Origin: Vicugna vicugna
Lineage: Eukaryota
Assembly (NCBI GenBank): GCA_013265495.1
Contig: MU058879.1
Location: forward strand, 1,175,590-1,239,589
Length of the DNA stretch: 64,000 bases
Direction of reading: 5' to 3'
Shown here: positions 1-11,502 of the stretch, in pieces
How the letters are laid out: each line of letters begins with the position of its first letter
Position numbering within the stretch: the first letter of the stretch is position 1
Notes under the pieces: model-generated
Databases searched by the model: none
What the model saw: only the letters and a program-made list of their open reading frames with translations
What the model was told of the DNA's origin: nothing
Program-made: the position numbers and the translations under genes

Positions 1-140
1 ACTGGTGAGTTCAGGTGGGGGTGGAAGAGAGGAGGGGTGGGTAGAGGCGTTCAGGGCAGCAGGTGCCGTCCCAAGAGGAAAGGCTAAAGTGATGGGGAAG
101 AAGTGGACCTGATGCCCCCGAGGAAGCGGGAAGCCACTGG

Positions 141-871
141 ATTCTTTTCTTTCCAGCATTGCAGAGATACAAGTGACATGTAACATTGTGTAAATTTAAG
201 ATGCGCAACTGATGATTTGAAAATGATTAACACAAAAACATTAATTAACACATATCACCTCATACAATTACCATTTTTTTGTGTGTGATGAGAACTTTAA
301 AGATTTACTGTCTCAGCAGCTTTCAAGTATACAGTAGAGTATTGTTAACCCTAATCAACATGTTGTACATCAGATTCCCCAGAATTTATTTATCTTTATC
401 CTTTGACCAACGTCTCCCCATTTCCCCCACCTCCTCACAACTGGCAACCAGCAATCTACTCTCTGCTTCTATGCATTCCAGCTTTGTAGATCCCACACGT
501 AAGTGAGATTATACAGTATTTGTTTTTCTCTGTCTGACTTATTTCCCTTAGCATCATGTCCTCAAAGTTTAGCCAATCTTGTCACAAATGGCAGGATTTC
601 CTTCGTTCTTGAGACTGAACAATATTCCATTGTATGTGTACATACATCCATTGATAGACTGTTAGGTTGTTTCCATGTCTTGGCTATTGTAAATAACACT
701 GCAATGAACATGGAGTTGCAGATAGCTCTTCAAGATATCTCTCCACTTTTTTCAGAGATACACCCAGAAGTGGGATTATTGAACTATACAGTGGTTCTAT
801 TTTTAATTTTTTAAGGCACCACAAAGATTTCTCCACTGTCTTCCATAGTGGCTGCACCAATTTACATTCCT
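141..871 (-). mobile_element. L1 (L1MA/L1MB-type) 5'-truncated 3' end
   Basis: Antisense L1 3' UTR and ORF2 end, e.g. ...ttaggttgtttccatgtcttggctattgtaaataacactgcaatgaacatgg... and ttccatagtggctgcaccaatttacattcc (reverse complement of the L1 gaatgtaaattggtgcagccactatggaa motif). Confidence 0.9.
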
Positions 872-1894
872 GACATTGAATTTTTAAGAGTGGGGAGACC
901 TAGGGGCACCAGTGGAGAGTGAATGAATGCTAAAATCAACATCTGCTGCCCAGGTGCTCCCTGGGCTCCCATTGTTCAATTGTGGGGTTTACACTTACGC
1001 ATCCAAACAGCGGAAGCCGATCACTGTGCCTGCAGTGACTAAGTTGGAGGGTGTCCCCTTCTAGGGAAACTGCCGCGTTGGGTGTGGCGCTTCCTTGCTG
1101 CTTACCACTGGCTGCCTCCTGTGCCACCGGCTCCCTCTGGGTTGCACTTACCAAAGCCAAGTCCCAGGTCGTCCTCCAGTCCTGGGCTGAACAGACTGTT
1201 TGAAATGCATTTCACGAGCTCCACCAGTCGGGTGAGGCTGGGGCTGGAGTCAGGGCACAGTGAGCCCAGTTGCCACATCCCCCAAAACCAGAAAAGAGAG
1301 GTCTGGGGACACATGTTAAGAAGGATCTTGATGTGAAAGTAACAGAAAGATCAGAGATGTGGCCAGTATTGGGCAGGAAGGAAGAGAAAGAGTGAGAAAT
1401 AAAGGTGGGGCTGCGGGGGAGGAGGTGAGAGACAGGAAGCCATTGACTGAATCACAGCACACTCCAAAAGGTCTTGAGAAATGTCCAAGTTCTAGATGGA
1501 GAGCACCTGAGTGCTGCCTCGGGCTAGGAAGATAAAACACTCTCCAGAATCCATGAGGTCTTCTGTCTTCCTCCAAATCTTCTGCAAATGATGAACATTA
1601 TTTCTCTTAATAGCCAGTTACCATGTCTTATCAAACTAATGGTTGAAGAAGTGCTTCCTTGTTCTAATCAAAAGTTTGTTTTCTCTGGTTTAGTCACCTG
1701 GGCATTTAGGGCTGCTGATTGGTGATGAAACAGGCCCCTGCCTGCTAAGATTATTGGGCTCTTACCAGTGACTTGTGACATGTAGCCTTTGCCATGATTC
1801 ATGCATCCTTTCAACAAGCACTCAGTAACTGCCTGTGACGTACAAGGCCCTCCTACTCAAAGTCAATGTCAGCACAGGCCAGCTGTTTGTAACC

Positions 1895-2296
1895 CTGGAC
1901 CTGGAGATCGTCACGCTAAGTGAAGTAAGCCAGAAAGAGGAAGAAAAATACCACGATATCACTTACATGTGGAACCTAAAAAAGTGACATGAATGACCTT
2001 ATTTATAAGACAGAGACACACTCACAGACATAGAAAACAAACTTATGATTTCCAGGGAGGAAAGAGGGGGAGGGATAACTTGGGAGTTGGGCATTTGCAG
2101 GTACTAACTACTATATACGAAATAGATAGACAGCAAGTTTCTAGTGTACAGCACAGGGAACTATATTCAATGTCTTGTAATAATCTATAATGAAAAAGAA
2201 TACAAAAAGGAATTTATCTATATAACTGAATCACTATGCTGTACACCAGAAATTAATACAACATTGTAAATCAACTATACTTAAATTAAAAAAAAA
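1895..2296 (+). mobile_element. L1 3' tail, cetartiodactyl/camelid type
   Basis: ggacctggagatcgtcacgctaagtgaagtaagccagaaag ... gtacagcacagggaactatattcaatgtcttgtaataatctataatgaaaaagaa ... acattgtaaatcaactatactt followed by poly(A); homologous to the copies at 14007-14734 and 24435-24655. Confidence 0.9.
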
Positions 2297-4098
2297 TTAT
2301 GGTACAAACAGGACTATTTCTTAGACAATCAGTGTTACACAGGTGAGTAGCACACATAGATGCTGTCTGTGCTCCAACTAGAAAGTTCTCTCTAGAGACT
2401 CTCTGTTCCAGATTGAATGTAACCCTCCTCCCAGGTCTCGTCTGTCCCTGGACCAAAGGCATCTTTCCCCAGTTCCTTTATGACTCCACTAGGCTATTCC
2501 TTACTCAAATCTAGCTTCCCTACAAACCATACCAGACAGCTAAGGAGAAGAGAGATTTATTTGTTAGTTTGTTTTTTTTTTCTGCCCATCCTTTCCCTCC
2601 TCCCACCAGGTCCCAAGTTCTGTCTGAGCTGGGCCCTACTCCTTTCTGAAACATCCTGATTCCCCAGTGAAGACGCCATTTCTGGTACCCAGTTCCTACA
2701 AGAATTCCTTCTCTTCTTGGTTTCTATAGCTTGTCTCTGTTTCTCACAGAGGCCAAAGTAACTGTTTCTTTTCCTTCATGGTTTCATCGAGAACACAAAG
2801 CCAGTTTATCCTGTGATGGGACCAGAGGCATCTCTCCTCTGTCCATTGCTGATCAGCTCTTAGTAACCAGATCTAGTCAGTTTAGAATTGTTCATTCACT
2901 CATTCAAAACCATTTTTTGTATCAGACACTGTAGATGGTAGGGCCATAAAAGAAAGAAGGTGTGGAGGGGAGAGGGGAGGGAAACGAGTGCTGTGTTCTA
3001 GGAGTATACAGTCCAGTGGAAGATGAAGGCAAATAAACAGATACTTACAATACAAGGTAATTAGTACAAATAAGAGAAAACACAAGTTTGCCAAACAAGC
3101 TTGAAGACCATGCAGTCCACACTCAGGCCCCACCCAAGAGATAGCAGCAAGGTTGAAATTTCAATATTAATAGAATCTTTTCATCCTACAGTATTTTTGG
3201 TTAATTTTGCCTATTTTTTTTTCTCTTGAGTTAGGACAACTGCAGAGCATATATGCACCAAAATGCTCATACTTACTGGTAAACACCCCAGTGCCGCTCC
3301 ATCCCTGCCACCCTGTCCCCTCCCCAGGGCACCATCAATCCTTCACGGGCTGGTGCCTGGCACGGTGGGGACTCCAGATCCTGCCCTGCACTGGGTGTTC
3401 ACCATGCTCTGTGCCACCCTTGTGGTATCACGTCCATCTCTCTTCTCCACATCTTTCTGCACAAATGACAAAGATAACACTGAGAATAGACTGATGGAGA
3501 GATAGAAACAGTTATTTGTTTATGAATATTAGAGTAATTTTACATTTACCTCACAAATGCTCCATTTTTACAAGACATAGATTTCACACTGGGGTCAATG
3601 ATGCAGCATTTGAAGGGCTGGTGATCTCCAAACAGTGTACAAAACCTGATTTGCCAAACCCTCCTCTGCCTAACCAAACGCATCCAGTGGGCCTGCTGGG
3701 CTGTGAAAGGAATCCAACCCATGTCTGTAATCCCAGTCTCAGCTAGAAAAGGAAATGAGAGGACTTTCAGTTGAGGGACTTGCTTTGCTGCCTTAAACAA
3801 GTTGCAAGAAACTCCATTTGCCGTTTTTCTACAGCATCTTCTGGGAAATGGGGCTGCTCCCAGCCGGCCACCACTTACGCCCAGAGTGAACACTGGGGAC
3901 AGTTTCAAGGCGGGAAAATAAAACTCTCAAAATGAAAATCATATTTGATTTAAAGACCTTTTAGAATTAGCATACCTGGTCCTAAAATGCTGCCTGAGTC
4001 CACAGGTACAGAACCTTCATCTCAGCCCCAAGACTTGAACCTTCTGAAGACCCCATTTGGTTTGGTCCTCCAGAGGCCAGGTGGCCCCAGGAGTCCTG

Positions 4099-4294
4099 CT
4101 TGGTTCTCCTGACAGCAGATCTACTTCAGTGGGCATCAGAATCATCAGGGGGAAGTCTTAAATACAGGCTGCTGGGCCCCACACCCAGGCTTTCTGATTC
4201 AGCAGGTCTGAGACAGGGACCAAGGAATGTCATTCCTAGTACATCCCCACGTACAGAGCCTGCTGGCCCAGGGACCGGTCTTTGAGAACCACTG
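4099..4294 (-). mobile_element. MER5A-like hAT-Charlie non-autonomous DNA transposon
   Basis: Follows the reverse-complement MER5A consensus (gcatcagaatca...tgctgggccccac...ttctgattcagcaggtctg...tttgagaaccactg) with one intact terminal inverted repeat. Confidence 0.8.
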
Positions 4295-7059
4295 TGTTAC
4301 AAAAACCACAATGCACCTCACGGCCAATTTGCGATTTCCATCCTGGTCATCGTCATCACACACTGCGTTCCTCTGGGCTGTGTAGAACTTAACTGAGTAA
4401 ATCAAAGAGAAAATAGAATTCGGCAGTGACAGACTGGCTCCAGGTTCTAGACGAAACCGTGAAGGAAAAGAAACAGATACCCTGGTGTCTCTGTGGGAGA
4501 CAGAGGCCAGTTACAGACCAAGAGAATGAATTCTTGTAGGAGCTGGTAAGCGAAACCTACTAAAAGGTTTGCAATGCTGTACATCCTTCCAGCAGCTGTG
4601 TTCTGTATCCTCTTTCTTCCCGATGGACTTGAAAAATTCCATAAACATTCTTAAAGTCTTACTGGTCCCCAACATTTGCAGGGGCCTCCCCACCCCACAC
4701 TTCACCATGGTCGCCCAGGCCTGAACCATCACTTCCTCCAACTGCTTTCACAATAGGAGTCCAAACGTCAGCCTCTCAAGAGATTAACTCAGGACGTCTC
4801 CGCTGACGACAGCCTTACAAATGAGAAGAAAGTGGAGAGAAGCCAAGTGAAGCATCTCTGGTTCCCTCTAAGCCCGGAGTAATGTTTTTTCCAGCCTGGG
4901 ACTTATGGAAATCTGCTTATTTGCATGATTTTATTGGGCTAGTTTTTAAAAGCACATCTTTTCCTGACAAAGCCACCCTTTTGTACTTTTTCTTTCATCT
5001 TATAAGTACTGCTCTCTGAGTAAAACTAAAAATACTTGACAAGCTTTATATGTTCACTGGCTTTAAGGGCTCGAGGCACAAATATTTGACTTCAGCATGT
5101 GCTTCTTTATTAATTACAGGTTAATTTTTATTTGAATCACGATCTCTCTATCTGCCTACACAACAACGAACATGTACATGCACTGTTATCGCTGTTGGCA
5201 TCAGAGAGCTATTAATCAATCATTTAAAGTTGCTTCATATCACGGACAGAAGATTATTAATGCCTTATTGTTGAAAAGCTTACCTAAGTTAATGTTTTCA
5301 AAACTGAAACAGTTCATCACGTTTGGCATGTTTTGGTTTTTGCTTAAGATGCACGCCTACCTTGTCCAAATGAAAGTATCAGATGACAAAGATCACACTG
5401 GGAATACGCTGATGGAGAGACAGATGCCCAGAGAACATGTCTAGTCCAAAGCCTCCACATAGGTTTTCACTGGTGAGAATCAGCAATGAACACATGGATT
5501 TAGAAGAGGCTGGGATAGTTTCATTTTCAAACTTAGTGTTTATAGCTACTTCTATTTTTTTTTAAAAATCCCCTTGAATATCTTTCATTTCCTATGCTGC
5601 TGTTTATTTATCATTTCACAGCTTTTCAGCCTTTTGGATTGTTCCAGGTGGGAGATATTTTTCACATTCTAACAATATGTATCATTCAAAACTGTCTAAG
5701 TAAGACTTCTAAATTTTTTTTTCATTGCTGTCTCTTCAGCAGTCTCTCTGTGCCTTAAAAATAAAATAAACTATCTTTAAAAAAAAAACTGAGATGCATC
5801 CTCAGCTTCAGAAGAAGTCGTATCTAGTTGTGAGAACAAGAAGCCGGCTCTCCAGAGCCCTGGGTACAATTCTCTGCTCTACCACGTGCTCTGCGTTTGT
5901 CACTTACACTCAAGCGTTCCACTTTTCCCATCAGCAAAATGAGGGCAGCTTTACTTCTTATAGGGCGGGTAAGTCTATGTCGGTAAAGTGTTTTGAAATT
6001 CTCTGAAAGAGGCAGATAATGGGGTACCTGGTGTCTGAACAGATCCATATTCCCCTGAATCTACTGGGAATTAAATAAGTAAATATTCTCAGAGGATTGT
6101 GAAGGAAGAAACCCCAGACTCCCACTGTGATCCTTGCCCTGCCGATGGAAATATATCGTGTTATTTTGTTTTTGTTTTTTCCCACTAGCAGGAAAGAAAA
6201 TGCTGTGAAATCCACGGACCACGATTACATTCTTTCTGATCAAGAAAATGAAGCACAGGAGCACACTGTCTTTTGCCAGTCGGCGGGAGAATTTCCAGAT
6301 CATGTCCTACATACATTTATTAACATGGGAACATCATTTTTTGCTTTTTTGCTTTTTTGCTTTTTTTTTTTTTAAGAATTAAGCAGGATGAGGAAGATCT
6401 GGAAGAATTAAGTGGAAAAAAATCTTGCTCATTCCTCTATTGAGAATATTGGAGCTGCGAATATGCTGAAGAGTGAAGGAAACTGGAGAGTAATTTATTT
6501 AAAACACATACATACATGTGCATGCGTGCACACATCTGTACCCGTAGAAGGAAAAGAATTAAGAAATTAGAAAAAAAGAGAAGAAAGCTTACTGTGAAAT
6601 CTGTTTCCTATGTTGTTTTTGGATTGAGAGAAGGCGAAGACCTTCAGGAAACATTTTGATGCACAACACTATCCCATCTATTGTGTGGAGCTGGGGATTG
6701 AAAAGACCCAGCGTCACCTCCTTATCCTGTCCTCACGGATGACGGCTGGTAAGCTTCATGAGCCAGTTTGTCCTACAAACCTAAGACTGTAATGAGTTAA
6801 TGGGCAGATATCAGGACAGGTGGTATCTCTGTTAGCCTTTGTTCCTCAAAAAATAGGCAGTGAGGAAGTTGGAAAGTAGAGAAATCTTTAAGAGCCTGGT
6901 ATGCAGAGGGGAAAAGGCAAAACTTTTATCAAACACTCACAAAAGCCCCATAGATTGAAAGAAAAAAATAATAGTTCTATAGAGCATAGGTAACAACTAT
7001 TCATTTATATTCTACTAATTATAGATATAACGTAATATAGGAAAACAAAACACAGGCAG

Positions 7060-7247
7060 AGAATCACAGACTGTTAGCATTTGGATGGAACCTTAGCAAT
7101 CCAATTTAATGCTCTAATTTTACCAATCAGAAAAAAATGAAGCCCAGAAAGTGACTTGCCTAGGGTCACTCAAGTAATCAGCAGCAGATGGAAAAAACAA
7201 TTCGGATTTTATGAATCTGGGTCTAGTGCTTTTTCCATCATACCACA
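7060..7247 (-). mobile_element. MIR SINE
   Basis: Core gtgacttgcctagggtcact and terminal tctagtgctttttccatcataccac match antisense MIR. Confidence 0.7.
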
Positions 7248-7424
7248 CCACCTCTTTAAGGAGCATTCCTCATGAGAGAGAAAACATGACAACGTAGTCT
7301 CAGCTCTGAAATTCCAGTGAGCCCACCAGAGAAATGTTCACCCTCATATTTTATGTGAATGCTTTCTCATGAAAGAGTCTGTTATTTATTTTGATTTAAC
7401 ACAAAATAAGCATGGCTACCTTAA

Positions 7425-7844
7425 ATGAGAAGGCATCCCTGTTCTTCAGGGCCCCAAACTAGATGACATTTCCCATCCCTCTTCACAGCTACATGTGCCC
7501 ACGTGATTAACTTCCAGCCAATGAAATGTGAGACCTGACTCGTGCCGGCTCCCAGCCTGGCCAGGAAAAACCTCCTTCTTGCTCCCTGTCCATCGTATTC
7601 TTGCAACATTCACCTGCCTGATACAAGTGAGGATGGTGACCTTAGCCATCACAAGCTGAGGATGATAGGAGCCACAAGATGGAAGGAGTCTGGGTCCCAG
7701 AACCCCCACATGGAGGAGAGCAACCACTCATCACTAACACTTGTTTTAGGCTTCAGCGTAGGAGAAAAATTAACTCCTTTAAGATTAATTACTTAGATAT
7801 GGGGATGTCTCTACTGTCTCAGCCAGTGGTACCTTAACTAATAC
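7425..7844 (+). mobile_element. MaLR solo LTR (old MLT1 H-K type)
   Basis: cacgtgattaacttccagccaatgaaatgtgag, gagccacaagatggaaggagtctgggtccc and terminal ccttaactaataca are typical of MLT1. Confidence 0.75.
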
Positions 7845-8321
7845 ACAAACTCAAGCACAGTACATCTACCCAGTCTACCCCCATGCTTGTGTGACTTTCT
7901 CCTGTCTGCAGTGGTCACGTGGCATTCTTCATAAAACCTTGATGAAAGCCATGTAGATTTGACGTTATATTTTAAGAGAGCTCAGTACCGCATGAAAATA
8001 ATTCTATTGTTGATGGAAATGAAATACATATCTAAATATAAGACATGGATGAGGCAAACGAAAAGGAGTAAAAGTTTTAGGATGTGTAGATAGTTTTAAC
8101 TCAGCTCGAGCTGCCGTATGGTTGCCTCATGCCTTGTATTTCTAATTACATTTACAGGGAAATTTGGTTGTCGAATTAGGCTTTAATCTGACACTTCCAA
8201 ATCACATAAATTAGTGGACTAAGAAAGAGCACACAGCATCTGGATGATTTGAAAGGATGGGTGTTACAAATGGAAGCATATTGTTTGCAAATGCCCGTTT
8301 GAATGAAAAACTCTATAGCTT

Positions 8322-8517
8322 NNNNNNNNNNNNNNNNNNNNNNNNNNNNNNNNNNNNNNNNNNNNNNNNNNNNNNNNNNNNNNNNNNNNNNNNNNNNNNN
8401 NNNNNNNNNNNNNNNNNNNNNNNNNNNNNNNNNNNNNNNNNNNNNNNNNNNNNNNNNNNNNNNNNNNNNNNNNNNNNNNNNNNNNNNNNNNNNNNNNNNN
8501 NNNNNNNNNNNNNNNNN
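8322..8517. other. N-run, 196 nt (gap or masked sequence)
   Basis: Directly visible. Confidence 0.99.
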
Positions 8518-10260
8518 TTTTCACTCCTTAGGCATGTTTTCTTTGGGTCCAAGGTTCATTCTTCAGCCTTAATAACTAGAAGAAAAATTCTTCCCCTGGA
8601 CCGTAAAATTGTATTATTATCCTATGAGGTTAAAGGCCCTTTGTAACTATGCACACTTAGCTTCTGACCTTAAAGAGATTTTAAATATATAAAACTCTCG
8701 ACAGGGGAGTCTGGAATCATCTTCCAACTCATCTACGCTGTATTAGCAAATTGGAGTGGATATTTAGAAAGTACAGTGGCAAAATTGCAACTCTGCGGCT
8801 ATTAAACCTAATTTGCCCTAAATCCCTGCTGATGGATTTATGTCCCGTGTCTCTTCGGAATCAAAAGCTTCTCCAGAGGATAAACTAAAAGAAGTTAAAT
8901 AAACATCACCAGGCTGAACGGACCGCCTCTTACGATTCTGTCTTTACCAAGGCATCTAGCAACAGTACAAACCCTAAGAATGCGAAGTGCATCGCCAAGC
9001 ATTCCTTCACAGAAGATTACGATGAGTTCACTGTGGTGTGTCCCTGTGGTTATTTTAGGACAGTAAGAGTCACACTATGCAAAAATACTGTGGGGAGTTC
9101 GCATTGTCTTTAGTATTTAGTGGGACACTTTATTTGAAGACACCAGGTGAGTTCACCTAAATAGAGAAGTTGGCCCTGAGTACCAAATGGATGAGAAACT
9201 CGAGGGCTGCATGTTCCGTGCTTCTGTGCAGTATTTCCCAGGGAAGTGTCGGACGTCATTTAGGAAAGCCCAGATTGCGCCTAACCTCGGTCTTCCTTTG
9301 CAAAGTTACCTGGTTACATACATGACCTATATATACATTTTCTTCTACAGAGGAGTCCCAAAATTGCCCCAGGTGAGTGTATCAGAAATACCATGACCAC
9401 AGAGTTAAATTTTTTGTAAAGATTTGTTGGGGTTTTTGAGTATGTCTTCTCTTTGTGGTTCCCTGTTTATCAAATCTGCCTTTAATCCATTAAAGAAATA
9501 AAAAAGGATAGTCGCCTGCCCTGGCTACCCAGAAAGTTTATATCTCTAGATATGTACTATGCAAGTTTTAAATGATTATGTTTTTATATTTGGTATGCTT
9601 TCTGCTTCTTAAAATCTGAATCTGTCACGAAAATATATGGCACCACGATGGTGTCCTTGGCTAAGGAGCTAGACCACTGGACCAGATGGCTGCCCACGTG
9701 GACAGTTACATATAACAGATGAAAACACCGTGTCTTATTGTCCTATGTGTCAGCAACAGCATCCTGGACAGGAACCACCCTGAATGGTCAGGGTGTGTCA
9801 GGGTGTGTCAGGGGTGATTCTGGCTACTCTGAGGAAAGGGAAGCATGCCTACTTCACTAAAATAAAGTGATGTTCATTCCTTGGGTCTGGAATTTGTCAG
9901 TTAAGAATTGGATGGCTACTTCAGCCTAGTTCTAAAGAGATGGCTGTAAAATCAAATGCTTTTTTCTCATTTGCTAGACATTATCAAGTTCCTCTAAACC
10001 AGGTTTTCACAGCCAAGTATACCTTCAGAAATGCCCCTTAAGGGAGGAGTGTATGAAAATCAACTATATTTATATATATCCTAGAACCAAAAAAAAAAAA
10101 AACCTAGAAAATCAAATTTTAAATTACATTTAAAATAACATTAAAACCTTAAATACTTAGGAATAAATTTAACAAAAATGTACAAGACCACTATATTGAA
10201 AATTATAAAACATGGCTGAGTTAAACTAAGACGTAAATAAATAAAGAGATACAACATAGT

Positions 10261-10610
10261 TGCTGTAGACTGAACTGGATCCTCCCAAACGTTGTATGTT
10301 GAAGCCTAAACAGCCAACGCGACTGTATTTGGAAACATGGCCTTTAGGAGGTAATTAAGGTTAAATGATGTCATATGGGTGGGGCTCTAATCTATAGGGT
10401 TAGTGCCTCATAAGAAGAAAAAGACAGCAGAATTCTCTCTCCCTGCCATGTGGGGACACAACCGTGGTGGCCGTCACCAAGCCAGGAACAGACACTGCAG
10501 CCAACACCTTAATCTTAGACTTCCTGGAGTCCAGAACTGTGAGAAAATACATTTCTGTTGTTTAAGCCACCCAGGCTGTGGTATCTTGTATGGCAACTCA
10601 AGCGAAGCCA
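10261..10610 (+). mobile_element. MaLR solo LTR (MLT1A/B type) nested in L1
   Basis: TG...CA termini and a 5-bp TSD ATAGT (10256-10260 and 10611-10615); internal gaggtaattaaggttaaatgatgtcat and ccagaactgtgagaaaatacatttctgttgtttaagccacccag. Confidence 0.9.
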
Positions 10611-11325
10611 ATAGTCTTGGATTTTAAATTTAATATCATTATTGATACTACCAATATTATTATATTGAATATTAATATTATTAAGGCATCAATTCTTCCC
10701 AATTAACTCAGTCAAATAAATATGTTTTCATTGGTAAGAAAAAGCTTTTTTTTTCCCCCAGAAACAAGATGATTCTAAAATTTACCTAATGATAGAACCT
10801 AGAAGAGACAAAGCAATCTTGAAAAGGGAAGAGTTAAAGGACTCCATTTATCCACTGATTTAAAGATTTTCTTTAAAGCTACAGCAATCAAGACAGTGCT
10901 GTATTAATAAAAAGACAGACAAAGAGGTCGATGCCGCAGAATAGAGAGCCCAGAAATACACACACACACACACACAAGCACGCCTGATCAATTGGGTTTT
11001 GACAAAGGTGCTAAGAAGATTCAGTGGGAAAAGAAGAGCTTTTTCAAAAACTGGTGCTAGGACACCTGAATATCCATATGAATAAATAAAATAAACACCA
11101 CTACCTCACACCACACACAAACAGTAATTTGAGATGGATGAAGATCTAACCATGAAAGCTAAAACTACAAATTTTCTAAGAGAAAATGTAGAATACCTTC
11201 ATGACCTTCATAGCCAGAAAATACTTTTTAGAGAGGACACAAAAAGCGCTAATCATAAGAGGAAAAAAAATGATGAATTGGACTTCATCAAAATGAAAAA
11301 CATCTGCTTATTAAAAGGCACTGCT

Positions 11326-11502
11326 GGGGAGTTAGAGGGTGGAATAGCTCAGTGATAAAGAGTGTGCTTAGCATGCATGGGGTCCTGGGTTCAAACCTCA
11401 GTACCTCCAATTTAAAAAAATAATTAATAAAACTAGTTAACCCCCAAAATAAAACAATAATAAAAATAAATTTAAAAAAATAAATAAATAAAGTTAAAAA
11501 AA
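11326..11502 (+). mobile_element. Vic-1-like tRNA-derived camelid SINE
   Basis: atagctcagtg (A-box), gcttagcatgcatggggtcctgggttcaaacctcagtacctcca (B-box region), A-rich tail; 13-bp TSD aaaaggcactgct / aaaaggcactgtt (11313-11325 and 11503-11515). Confidence 0.9.

Noticed and set aside
1884-2311. Imperfect inverted repeat (ctgtttgtaacc / ggtacaaacag) flanking the L1 tail
   Set aside because: Short and imperfect. More likely an old palindromic DNA-transposon remnant split by the L1, or chance, than a mobilisation signal.
11326-11400. tRNA-like sequence (also at 23830-23903 and 45074-45150)
   Set aside because: These are SINE heads with A-rich tails and TSDs, not intact tRNA genes.
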